Source: a virus. From it: 64,000 bases of DNA. Positions within the stretch are counted from its first letter, which is position 1; each line of letters begins with the position of its first letter. The notes beneath the pieces were generated by a model. The model was not told the origin of the DNA and searched no databases. It worked only from the letters and a program-made list of their open reading frames with translations. Location of the stretch: positions 1-64,000 of IMG/VR virus record IMGVR_UViG_3300032753_000003, one strand, 5' to 3'. The translations under genes were made by a program, and so were the position numbers. This document shows positions 47,497-56,384 of this stretch, in pieces.

Positions 47497-48339
47497 ATGA
47501 AAATTACAGAATTGAATTATAAATTAGATGAAGATGTAGAAGGTCAAATAGCAGCTAGAGCTAAATTTATTAAAGATAAATTTGGATCACAGTGGCATGG
47601 TGTATCTGGTTATGAAGATATTGATAAATTCATAGAAAAATTGATTCAAGTTGATCCAAGCCTCAAAAAGATTTACATTCCTTGGATGGCTAGGTTGATC
47701 ATCACCAAACCAACTGAGAACCGTGCAGAAGACCTAGACAGAGTAGGACAGGACCTGCAGGCATTTGAAGCCAACAAAGCCAAGATTGCCAACAAAGACA
47801 TCAACTCTTACAAGAGCTTCCAAGATCTATTTGATGTCATAGCTCCATTCCTAGCACCAAAAAAGAAAACTAAAGATGAATTAGCCAAGGAAAAAGAAAA
47901 GGCTGCTCTTGAGAAGGTCAAAGCAGACATCATAACTGTATATCAGGGTCCAGAAGGTTGGATAAGAATTCCAACCACCCAGGCTGCTGCTACATTCCTC
48001 GGACAGGGTACACGTTGGTGTACAGCCGCACAAAAGAACAACATGTTCAGCCATTACGCTAAAGATGATAACCTATTTGTGGTTTATGACAAGACTTCAA
48101 AAGAGCGCTTTCAGTTGCACATACAAAGTGGCCAATTTGCTAGCGAAGATGATCGCAACGAGGGACTTGGTGCAGTTCCAGAATGGGCTGGTAAGATAAT
48201 ATTGGATTATTATCAAAAGCACAATCCCAAATTGACCATGAAGCAACTTATGGCGTTGCAGGGATTTACTAAAGACAATTTGGCTGCGGGAACCGAGCAC
48301 GAAGGACTATTTGATCTTTTTAAACAATATGGAATTTAA
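47497..48339 (+). CDS. PcfJ-like domain protein with MKITEL leader
   Basis: AA.FLGQGTRWCTAA..N.F..Y motif. Confidence 0.65.
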   Translation: MKITELNYKLDEDVEGQIAARAKFIKDKFGSQWHGVSGYEDIDKFIEKLIQVDPSLKKIYIPWMARLIITKPTENRAEDLDRVGQDLQAFEANKAKIANKDINSYKSFQDLFDVIAPFLAPKKKTKDELAKEKEKAALEKVKADIITVYQGPEGWIRIPTTQAAATFLGQGTRWCTAAQKNNMFSHYAKDDNLFVVYDKTSKERFQLHIQSGQFASEDDRNEGLGAVPEWAGKIILDYYQKHNPKLTMKQLMALQGFTKDNLAAGTEHEGLFDLFKQYGI

Positions 48340-48342
48340 TCC

Positions 48343-48693
48343 ATGCGGTTAAATGACATCTTCGAGTATGAGGCCAAACCTATAAATGAAGAGGCTGATG
48401 CAAAACTTGATAAAATAAGCAGCGAATTTACAGACATGTCTGTAATTGGACCTATGACCAAATTGCAAAAATACTATAACCACAATTACAACGTATCGGT
48501 ATCAAGTATACGTACTGTACTTGAGAACAATAAAAACTCCATAATTAAATTTATGTTGTCACATATAAAAATATTCGATAAAAATTCGGTTAGAATGGTA
48601 TTGGTTGATCTTCGCAACTTTGATATAGAATGGCCAGAACTTGATATCATACAAAAAGGTTTAGAAACTATGAATAAAAAGGCAGGACAATGA
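48343..48693 (+). CDS. protein with MRLNDI leader and DWPEL module
   Basis: DIEWPELDIIQ. Confidence 0.65.
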   Translation: MRLNDIFEYEAKPINEEADAKLDKISSEFTDMSVIGPMTKLQKYYNHNYNVSVSSIRTVLENNKNSIIKFMLSHIKIFDKNSVRMVLVDLRNFDIEWPELDIIQKGLETMNKKAGQ

Positions 48694-49673
48694 AAATATT
48701 GGATATTTTTAAACCAATAGCAGTCCGTACCAAACCAAACACTGTGGCAGCAAATTGGATAAGCGAAAATGAAAATACTCAATCGCAACTTGAGGATTTG
48801 GTAGCCAGTAAATTTGAGGAAATACGACGTTCTAGAGTAACACTTGCATTGAGAGGCCTGTTGGAGACCTTTGTAAGAAACAACCTCAATACCAGTGAAA
48901 TGCGCAGACTACTGGCTCCCTATAATTTGGATATTGTAAAAAAGATTGATGGGGATTTGAGTGGTAGAGCTATAACAATAGGTGTAAGAGATCTTTGGAA
49001 TTTGCACAAATTAGAATTAGTTACGCCTGAGATGATAAACGCTGTAAACAAAAACAAAGTAACGATTATTAGAGAATTATTGACTGTAATAAAAGATACT
49101 GGTTCTCCGCTTAGTGTCATGGGACTGGTTAGAAATCTCAAAAACGTAGGTATTGATTGGCCAGAACTTGATATTATAGAAAACAGTACAAAACCTAGGT
49201 TAGAAGAGTCTGGTGACGAGTCAACTATGACTGTTGAATCAGATGGAGACAAATTGTGGCGCAATAGTGCAGGTCAGCTGCATCGCGAGGATGGACCTGC
49301 GATCATATATCCAGATGGATATCAGGGATGGTATCACGATGGCAAGCTGCACCGCGAGGACGGGCCTGCTGTGACTGAGCCAGATGGTTCACAATATTGG
49401 TATCAAAATGACCGTCTGCATCGAGAAGATGGGCCTGCGGTTGTTTGGCCATCTGGCACTATGGAATGGTGGCACAATGGCAAAAATATAACAAAAGTAG
49501 CACTGATCGAGTTAGCCCGGGCAGGTGACAAAGCTACCGTGTTAAAACAATTGTTGATACCAATTAAAAAGTATATGTCATTTGATCAATCACTTAAATT
49601 AATAAAATTATTAAAAAATGCAGGTATCGATTGGCCAGAGTTTGCAGCTATAGAAAAGAGTGCAAAAAAATGA
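48690..49673 (+). CDS. modular protein: MKILDI leader, two DWPEL modules, HREDGPA repeats
   Basis: GIDWPEL, 3x HREDGPA, GIDWPEF. Confidence 0.7.
   Translation: MKILDIFKPIAVRTKPNTVAANWISENENTQSQLEDLVASKFEEIRRSRVTLALRGLLETFVRNNLNTSEMRRLLAPYNLDIVKKIDGDLSGRAITIGVRDLWNLHKLELVTPEMINAVNKNKVTIIRELLTVIKDTGSPLSVMGLVRNLKNVGIDWPELDIIENSTKPRLEESGDESTMTVESDGDKLWRNSAGQLHREDGPAIIYPDGYQGWYHDGKLHREDGPAVTEPDGSQYWYQNDRLHREDGPAVVWPSGTMEWWHNGKNITKVALIELARAGDKATVLKQLLIPIKKYMSFDQSLKLIKLLKNAGIDWPEFAAIEKSAKK
49256..49363. repeat. 108-bp perfect repeat, inverted copy of 30869-30976
   Basis: Direct comparison. Confidence 0.9.
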
Positions 49674-50071
49674 AGATAAATGAAATAGTTGAAAATGCCA
49701 AGAAGAAACTTAATCCCGAGCAAGCCGAAATGCTGTTGGATATTGTCAACCATAAAATAAAAAGAGCCGGTATCTTTATAGCATTATATGACATTGACAC
49801 TTGGGGTCTAACTGTATCTATACTTCCTGAACTAGAACAAATATTAGATGCACACAAAGAATTAATCATCAAGCGCATGCTAAAAAGCATAAAAGCAAAC
49901 GACCACGGGTTAGAAGATACAGAACAAGTGTTGTCTAGGTTAGAACATACTGGTATCAATTGGCTAGAATTGGCAATCATACGACGTAGTTTGGATATCG
50001 AACAAGGCAAGAACATCAATCGCATCAACGAAGCATCAATAGTAAATACTATACTTAAAAAAGGTAATTAA
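49670..50071 (+). CDS. protein with MKINEI leader and DWPEL-type module
   Basis: Start reassigned (ATGA overlap); GINWLEL. Confidence 0.65.
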   Translation: MKINEIVENAKKKLNPEQAEMLLDIVNHKIKRAGIFIALYDIDTWGLTVSILPELEQILDAHKELIIKRMLKSIKANDHGLEDTEQVLSRLEHTGINWLELAIIRRSLDIEQGKNINRINEASIVNTILKKGN

Positions 50072-50072
50072 C

Positions 50073-51335
50073 ATGAAAATGTCCGACGTGATAGTCCTAG
50101 AGGAACAACAAAATATCATCAATGAAAATCTTGGTAATTTGGCACAGCTTCATGTTGGTCCTCTTATCAATGTCTTGAAGCAGACAGGCTATCAGGGTGG
50201 TAAGCGTGGTGGTACAATCATATACCCTGCTGGTGAGAAATTTGCCAAATCTTATGGATATCAAATAGGCAGCACAAGTGAGATTGTGAACATTGGTGTT
50301 CTCAAAGATGGTATCAAAACCCTGCGCAAAGCATTCAAGACGCACGAAGGCGCGCGGGGATTTGCTGTATATATTGGCGATCAAGCTGTGATGTTTGGTA
50401 CTACTGATTCAGGAACACTAGCAGGTGCAAGTAGGTCTGGCAAGTTAGCATACGATCTTACTCCATTTGAAGAAAAGTGGAAAGAATTGCATGTCAAAGG
50501 TTATAAAGGTTGGGGAGAACTCCGTATACCGCCAACTACTACTATAAAAGATCGAGAATCATCTGAATGGGAAGGTAGCAAAAGCATTACCAAAGTTAGA
50601 AAATATTACGGTGATATGATTGACACTGCTACACTGGCAGGAATATTAGACAAAATTGTTACTATTGGTAAAGAACTTAACTTGCCTGTAACAGCCAAGC
50701 TGGTTATGGGAGATGTGATAGGGTATGAAAAACGCAAAGAGCGTTACAGTTTAGCTCAAATTGGTGCAGGTGCTAAAGATCTCAGAACTAGACTGGCTAT
50801 CTACAAAAATCAAAAAAATCCAACTGTGGATACAATAGAAGACTTTGTCAAAATGAGTCTTGAGAACCCAGGTAAGAGCGTGCAGTTTGCAGGTACTACT
50901 TACAAATTGGTCCAGGCGTCATATGACAAAATTGGTGTAATTGATCTGCTCAGCGGCAAATCATTTACTACAGATTACAAGAGCGTTGACCCAGGATCAA
51001 CAGATAGTTTGACCATGACCTATAGATATGATAGATCAAGCAATCAACTTGTACCAATCAAGGCCACATGGTATGATAGGAGAGATCCCGCTAACAAGTA
51101 CAAGAGACAGGAAACGGTCCTCGATGCTAAAGGTTATTTAATAAATGAAATTGGTATACGTAAGTTAGACAAGTCAGTTGTAATACCCAAACTATTAGAG
51201 CTCTTCAAAGCTTCTCAATATGAGAGACTCAAGTTGGCAATAGGTTCTCTAAAAAAGATGGGTGCAGATTGGCCAGAACTTGATACTATACAAAATAGTG
51301 TTAATGTAGAGCTAGCCAAGAAAAACGCTACCTGA
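50073..51335 (+). CDS. hypothetical protein with MKMSDV leader and C-terminal DWPEL module
   Basis: MGADWPELDTIQNSV. Confidence 0.7.
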   Translation: MKMSDVIVLEEQQNIINENLGNLAQLHVGPLINVLKQTGYQGGKRGGTIIYPAGEKFAKSYGYQIGSTSEIVNIGVLKDGIKTLRKAFKTHEGARGFAVYIGDQAVMFGTTDSGTLAGASRSGKLAYDLTPFEEKWKELHVKGYKGWGELRIPPTTTIKDRESSEWEGSKSITKVRKYYGDMIDTATLAGILDKIVTIGKELNLPVTAKLVMGDVIGYEKRKERYSLAQIGAGAKDLRTRLAIYKNQKNPTVDTIEDFVKMSLENPGKSVQFAGTTYKLVQASYDKIGVIDLLSGKSFTTDYKSVDPGSTDSLTMTYRYDRSSNQLVPIKATWYDRRDPANKYKRQETVLDAKGYLINEIGIRKLDKSVVIPKLLELFKASQYERLKLAIGSLKKMGADWPELDTIQNSVNVELAKKNAT

Positions 51336-51336
51336 T

Positions 51337-52566
51337 ATGTCAGCTAAGTCACTACCTTGTTCCCAAATGTGGGAGAAGTTTATGATAAATGCCATAGAAG
51401 GTTATATCAGAACTTGTTGGGATAGAGACAACTCATATGTTACAGTTGACGAGATACGGCACTTGGGTCCCGATCTCTTCACCAAGCATCCTGATATCAT
51501 CAATGATCGTGAATGTTTCATAGATAAAAATAAATTACCATACAAGTGTAAAATATGTATTAACAATTACGGTAATACTAAAGATAACCTACATAACTTA
51601 TGGAAGAATGATGTATTTGATGAAAATAAATTAGATTCGTTACGAGAAGCTGACCTCATTGATAAGATTGACTTTTACTTAGATAGGACCTGTAACCAAA
51701 CATGTTTATATTGTAACAAGGAACATAGCACAGACTGGGCTAGTTTATTAGGTGAGAAAACTTCTAATAAAAATGTAAATCAAGAATGGCACGACGCTAT
51801 ATTAGATGCATTTTATGCATATATAAAGAGGCGGTTGAGCAGTAACAATGCACCTATAGAATATGGATTTGCAGGCGGAGAACCATTTTTAAATTTAAAT
51901 CTTCCTGATATCATAAACAAGATAATAGATCTACATAGAGTCTACGGTAGAGATACTAAATGCGGATTTGAGTTTACAACCAATCTCAATGTCAAACCGT
52001 TGTTAATTGACAGATTTATTGCAATAGCAAATAAAAATCCTAAATTTGATTGGAAAATATCATGCAGCCTCGATGCCCCTGGTCGAGTAGGTGAGGAGAT
52101 ACGGTCTGGTCTAAATTTCAAAGTTTTTGATGCTAATTTTAGGAAATTACTAAAAGAAACAGACATGCATATAGATATATTACCGTCTATTAGTAACGTC
52201 AGCGTGTCTTCAATGCCATCATTACTTACATACATTATAGAAACTATGGAAGAGTATCAAATACCCGATAATAGATGGAACCTCGGTGCAAATTTGATTA
52301 ACCATCCAACCGCTATGCATGTTAGTACATTACCGATCAGTTATAAACATTACATCGATTTATCTATTAAGCTGGTAGAGGGATCTCATATTGACTATTA
52401 TTTCATACCCTATCTCATGAAGATACACCAATTGATCGGCACTAGGCGAGATAAAGATAGTATAACCAATGTCAAAGAGTTCTTTGAATATAATGGTCGT
52501 TTGAGAGGCAAAGATTATTGGTGTATATTTGAGTCGTTGTCAGATATAGTCTCAGAGAATGCATAG
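51337..52566 (+). CDS. radical SAM protein
   Basis: CNQTCLYC, FAGGEPFL, FTTN, SLDA. Confidence 0.88.
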   Translation: MSAKSLPCSQMWEKFMINAIEGYIRTCWDRDNSYVTVDEIRHLGPDLFTKHPDIINDRECFIDKNKLPYKCKICINNYGNTKDNLHNLWKNDVFDENKLDSLREADLIDKIDFYLDRTCNQTCLYCNKEHSTDWASLLGEKTSNKNVNQEWHDAILDAFYAYIKRRLSSNNAPIEYGFAGGEPFLNLNLPDIINKIIDLHRVYGRDTKCGFEFTTNLNVKPLLIDRFIAIANKNPKFDWKISCSLDAPGRVGEEIRSGLNFKVFDANFRKLLKETDMHIDILPSISNVSVSSMPSLLTYIIETMEEYQIPDNRWNLGANLINHPTAMHVSTLPISYKHYIDLSIKLVEGSHIDYYFIPYLMKIHQLIGTRRDKDSITNVKEFFEYNGRLRGKDYWCIFESLSDIVSENA

Positions 52567-52600
52567 TTGGGCTACCATAAATATTTAAAAAGGATCAGCC

Positions 52601-53023
52601 ATGAAAGACCATAAAACAAGTCCAAGACTACGTAATCCTCATAAGGAAGTGCGTGCCAACCTCAGCCTAAGTGATAAAGTGGCTATGTGGATCACCGAAA
52701 AAGTTGGTACCATGGGATTCTTTGGTATAATATTTGGGTGGACAGTGCTGTGGCTAAGTTGGAATATGTTTGCTCCTGCAGCATATCAATTTGATCCTTA
52801 CCCTGCATTTGTTCTATGGTTGTTCATTAGCAATCTTATACAAATACTGCTAATGCCTTTGATCATGGTTGGGCAGAATGTGCAAGGACAACATAGCGAA
52901 GCTAGAGCACAACATGATTTAGAAGTCAATGTCAAAGCTGAAGAAGAAATACGTACCATACTCGAGCATCTAGAGAAACAGAACGAGATGCTGATAACGT
53001 TGGTAAAGAAACTAGGCGATTAA
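52601..53023 (+). CDS. DUF1003-like membrane protein
   Basis: DKVA..IT..VGTM.FF..FDPYP..L..IM.GQN. Confidence 0.8.
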   Translation: MKDHKTSPRLRNPHKEVRANLSLSDKVAMWITEKVGTMGFFGIIFGWTVLWLSWNMFAPAAYQFDPYPAFVLWLFISNLIQILLMPLIMVGQNVQGQHSEARAQHDLEVNVKAEEEIRTILEHLEKQNEMLITLVKKLGD

Positions 53024-53028
53024 TAATC

Positions 53029-53057
53029 TTGCATCAATTAAAAACAGAATGTATATT
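53029..53057 (+). promoter_or_regulatory. sigma70-type promoter
   Basis: TTGCAT-N17-TATATT; predicted +1 at about 53063-53064. Confidence 0.65.
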
Positions 53058-53063
53058 GTAAAC

Positions 53064-53195
53064 ATGAGCTACTAGGTTTCAACCACTAACTTTCGCAAAC
53101 ATAGCGTAACCCAGGACGCTGAGATACATTGTGATCTCAGGCCTGGGTTTCTTTTTGACTCAACGCTAACAATCACACAAGGAGAATCACTATGA
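53064..53195 (+). promoter_or_regulatory. leaderless uORF Met-Ser-Tyr-amber with 43-codon readthrough frame (candidate attenuator)
   Basis: ATG AGC TAC TAG then open frame to TGA 53193-53195 overlapping ATG 53192. Confidence 0.55.
53108..53156 (+). terminator. intrinsic terminator inside leader
   Basis: AACCCAGG/CCTGGGTT plus CTGAGAT/ATCTCAG stems, then TTTCTTTTT. Confidence 0.8.
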
Positions 53196-53779
53196 TAGAA
53201 TTAGCATGTCGCGAAGCAGTATTCCATTTCAACAAGCATCACTTAATTGATCCAACAACTCCCATGTGGGTTGTTAAAACAAAAGGCAAGACCTATATGG
53301 TCAACCATGTTACTGCTACTGTACCGTGGAGTACCAAAGAAACACCAGACAACAATCATACCAAAGGTGCTATCAAATTAAAGAATGCACTGCTAACCAT
53401 TGACGATGACAACTGTGCTGTTCTTTTGGCTCTTAGTAAAAATGATATACTGCGCCTCAAAGCTAAGAAGTGGACCAGAATATTGTTTACTGGCAGTTGG
53501 AAAGACAAGATGGTAGAGTTCTTTCAGGAGCAAAGCATCAAGTTTACACCGTTTAAAAGCGTAAGTGGCGGCTGTGGCAGAACCTATTACATATGCGATA
53601 TAAAAGATTCCAATGACATCGCGCTAATGAAACTGAGCTTTGACCAATCAGCATTTAGAATATTACAAGAAAATGAAGCATATTACAAAGCATATGATAA
53701 TGACAAGTTAAGAAATAGCCTAGATGCAGACGAGGTCGATTATTTTGACTTATATGAAGATGATGAGGATGACCAATAA
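53192..53779 (+). CDS. conserved hypothetical phage protein
   Basis: VFHFNK.HL.DP..PMWV.K..G.TY.VNHV; AAGGAG SD. Confidence 0.75.
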   Translation: MIELACREAVFHFNKHHLIDPTTPMWVVKTKGKTYMVNHVTATVPWSTKETPDNNHTKGAIKLKNALLTIDDDNCAVLLALSKNDILRLKAKKWTRILFTGSWKDKMVEFFQEQSIKFTPFKSVSGGCGRTYYICDIKDSNDIALMKLSFDQSAFRILQENEAYYKAYDNDKLRNSLDADEVDYFDLYEDDEDDQ

Positions 53780-53808
53780 ATATTTGCTATAACAAAAGGA
53801 GAAATGAT

Positions 53809-54036
53809 ATGTTATATTCTTTAGTAGTCGTAGTTAGCATGCATTGGGGTGCTGTACCAACTCAAAGCCATGTTATTACACACAATGATGTAAGTTTGTC
53901 ACAGTGCCAAGCTGAAACTACCAGCTGGATAAATTGGCAGAATGAACTTCGCAAGAAGATGAACGGTAAAGGTGATGTTGCAGTTTATCCAAGTTGCCTA
54001 CCAGAAGGAAGTGGCACCAATTGGTGGAATTGGTAA
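53809..54036 (+). CDS. small exported protein
   Basis: Hydrophobic N-terminus, two Cys; AAGGAG SD. Confidence 0.6.
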   Translation: MLYSLVVVVSMHWGAVPTQSHVITHNDVSLSQCQAETTSWINWQNELRKKMNGKGDVAVYPSCLPEGSGTNWWNW

Positions 54037-54042
54037 TAGTTT

Positions 54043-54067
54043 AAAGGGCTCTTAGGAGCCCTTTTTT
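54043..54067. terminator. bidirectional intrinsic terminator
   Basis: AAAGGGCTC-TTAG-GAGCCCTTTTTT. Confidence 0.8.
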
Positions 54068-54071
54068 ATTA

Positions 54072-54470
54072 TCAAGTTCGATTTGCTATCATGTGATACC
54101 CCACTCTAGTAGGATGCACATGATCTGGTCCTCGTGGTATGTTTACTAGATCTATCATACCGTCGCCGTGTTTGGCAGCAACATCTTTAACTACTTGTCG
54201 TATAGTTGGTTTGATAGCCGGTATCAACCATATTACACGATTGGCTTTTATACTACCTCTAAGTTTCTCTATTTCTTCTCTAGTGATGTTGGGATTCCAA
54301 TCGTTCGATCCAAGGCTTATAATGACTTTGTTAGCACTCATAGTATGAGTTAACCAGCGACGATTCCAATCTCTACTGTTAATTCCAACTTTGGCGTGAA
54401 CTTCGCAGTGCGGCTTGTACCACGACGTTCCAACTGCTATGCTATCTCCCAGTACAAGACATTCTAACAT
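54072..54470 (-). CDS. SGNH/GDSL hydrolase-like protein
   Basis: GDSI, LGSND, DHVHP blocks. Confidence 0.8.
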   Translation of the reverse strand: MLECLVLGDSIAVGTSWYKPHCEVHAKVGINSRDWNRRWLTHTMSANKVIISLGSNDWNPNITREEIEKLRGSIKANRVIWLIPAIKPTIRQVVKDVAAKHGDGMIDLVNIPRGPDHVHPTRVGYHMIANRT

Positions 54471-54617
54471 TTGTGTTCTCCTGTGTTAACTATAATTATA
54501 CATTTTTATATGAACAGTCAATTATGCATTTGACGCAGGGCTGCTCTGGTACATTGGCTATTGCTGATTGTTGCAATGCAACATAAATATTGCATAGCAA
54601 TAAAGAGGAGAATAAAA

Positions 54618-54794
54618 ATGATAAGACTGTTATCAAAGATATATGTTATGTTTGAAGGATATAATGCCTATCGCAAGGCCATGATCGAGTTGCAGCGTCT
54701 GTCTGACAGAGATTTAGCTGACATTGGAATTTCTCGCTGCGATATCAAATCAATTGCTAAAAACGCCTGCAATAACAAACTAGCTACTGTTTGA
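54618..54794 (+). CDS. DUF1127 (YjiS-like) small protein
   Basis: EL.RLSDRDLADIGISRCDI; GAGGAG SD. Confidence 0.85.
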   Translation: MIRLLSKIYVMFEGYNAYRKAMIELQRLSDRDLADIGISRCDIKSIAKNACNNKLATV

Positions 54795-54852
54795 TTAATT
54801 GATAGACATCTGCTAGATCTTTCTGTAATAATAATGAATAGTGAGGAAGATC

Positions 54853-55098
54853 ATGGCAGATTTAATACAAATACAATCAACCAATCCGTATATATTTGAT
54901 ATTACTCAAGTTGATGGTTATGGTGGAAAAACATATTTGATTTCAGCTTCTGATGATTTACAAGAAATGCTGATTTGGTACAACAAATATAAAGATCAGA
55001 TGATCAAGGAAAGCAAAGCTAGAGAGCGATTTGAATCAGTTGCCATTGCATATGAGCAATATCAAATGACTCTCAAGCTAGTCCTTGATCAGATCTGA
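54853..55098 (+). CDS. hypothetical protein
   Basis: GAGGA SD. Confidence 0.55.
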   Translation: MADLIQIQSTNPYIFDITQVDGYGGKTYLISASDDLQEMLIWYNKYKDQMIKESKARERFESVAIAYEQYQMTLKLVLDQI

Positions 55099-55199
55099 TA
55101 GCAACGTTAAACCTATGTAATCCAATGAAATCTATTTAGATAAATTTGTACATCTAATTTATAATGTAAATAAATATAGATATATTACGGAGAAATGCA

Positions 55200-55463
55200 A
55201 TGAACGGAAAGAAGATTTTATCTTTGGCGGTAGCAACATCAATAGTATCTATGCTACAGCTTTCGAGTGCAACAGCGTTTGATAGGTACCATTCTCGAAA
55301 CAACGGTAATTGGGTTGCTCCTGTAATAGGCGGTTTGATCGTTGGTGGTATTATAGCAGGTAGCATGTATGATCCAAATTACGGATATTATAGAACCTGC
55401 AATCAGGTACCAACTTATGATCAGTGGGGGCGGTTTATTTCGTATCAAACTGTTTGTAACTAA
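55200..55463 (+). CDS. exported BA14K-like small protein
   Basis: Signal peptide; PVIGGLIVGGIIAG; Y..C...C. Confidence 0.55.
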   Translation: MNGKKILSLAVATSIVSMLQLSSATAFDRYHSRNNGNWVAPVIGGLIVGGIIAGSMYDPNYGYYRTCNQVPTYDQWGRFISYQTVCN

Positions 55464-55491
55464 GACCAAATAATTTGTATTTGGAGATTGG

Positions 55492-55965
55492 ATGTGTATG
55501 TCAATTATTAAAACTTCGTTATTATTCTTACTAGTAATAGGATTAATGACAGGTGCATTCTATTGGTATTTCCGATACAGCCAAAACAAGATACAAATAT
55601 TAGAAGAAAACAATGCCAAATTAACCGTAGCAGTGCAAGTTCAAACTGAAACTATTAAAGCTCAAGAAGAATTCAATAAGAAACAGAATCAAAACATATC
55701 CGACCTACAGAATGGATTGCAAAAAGCTTATAGTGATAAGGATGCACTAGTGAGTAAATTGTTCAATACTGATCTAAACTCGCAAGCTCAAAAGAATGCA
55801 AAGGCTGTTGAAAATAAGATAAACGCAGATACATCTAAGTTATTTGATGAATTAGAAGCATTAACTGGTTCTAAAACAGTTAACAAATGTAATTCAACGC
55901 ATACTATAAGATGCAAAAAATCTGCCAAAGTTCCAGATTCAACTACTCAGAGGAATCACCAATGA
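55492..55965 (+). CDS. probable inner-membrane spanin (Rz-like)
   Basis: N-terminal TM plus long coiled coil, upstream of lipoprotein. Confidence 0.7.
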   Translation: MCMSIIKTSLLFLLVIGLMTGAFYWYFRYSQNKIQILEENNAKLTVAVQVQTETIKAQEEFNKKQNQNISDLQNGLQKAYSDKDALVSKLFNTDLNSQAQKNAKAVENKINADTSKLFDELEALTGSKTVNKCNSTHTIRCKKSAKVPDSTTQRNHQ

Positions 55966-56330
55966 CCATTATACGCATCCTACCATTACTAACAGCATCT
56001 GTATTAGGTCTATCGGCTTGCAGTAGCGACACTCCTATCGACGTAACATATACGCCTGCACAGATGGTAATTGAGCAACCTCCAGATCCAGCACCTCTAG
56101 AGTTAAATCGTATCAATTTTCATGTTGTTACTAGAGATAACTTTCAAAAATTTGTCAAAGATCAAACTAAAGTCCAAGGTAGTAAGAATCCTGTATTTGT
56201 TGTCATAAACATGAACGGCTATAAATCTATGAGTTTAGATTTAGCCGAGCTAAAACGCTACATTGAACAACAGCAAAAGATTATCGTGTATTATAAAAAC
56301 TCTACTACTGCCACTACACCTACCGAGTAA
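55962..56330 (+). CDS. probable outer-membrane spanin lipoprotein (Rz1-like)
   Basis: Lipobox LSAC, Pro-rich segment. Confidence 0.7.
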   Translation: MTIIRILPLLTASVLGLSACSSDTPIDVTYTPAQMVIEQPPDPAPLELNRINFHVVTRDNFQKFVKDQTKVQGSKNPVFVVINMNGYKSMSLDLAELKRYIEQQQKIIVYYKNSTTATTPTE

Positions 56331-56384
56331 AATAAAAATCCTCTACCAATAAATATATACATAGAATGTGGTTGAGGATTTCCT

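Noticed and set aside
30869-49363. Diversity-generating retroelement template/variable repeat pair
   Set aside because: The copies are identical rather than differing at adenines, flanking mismatches are not A-specific, and no reverse transcriptase is in the window.
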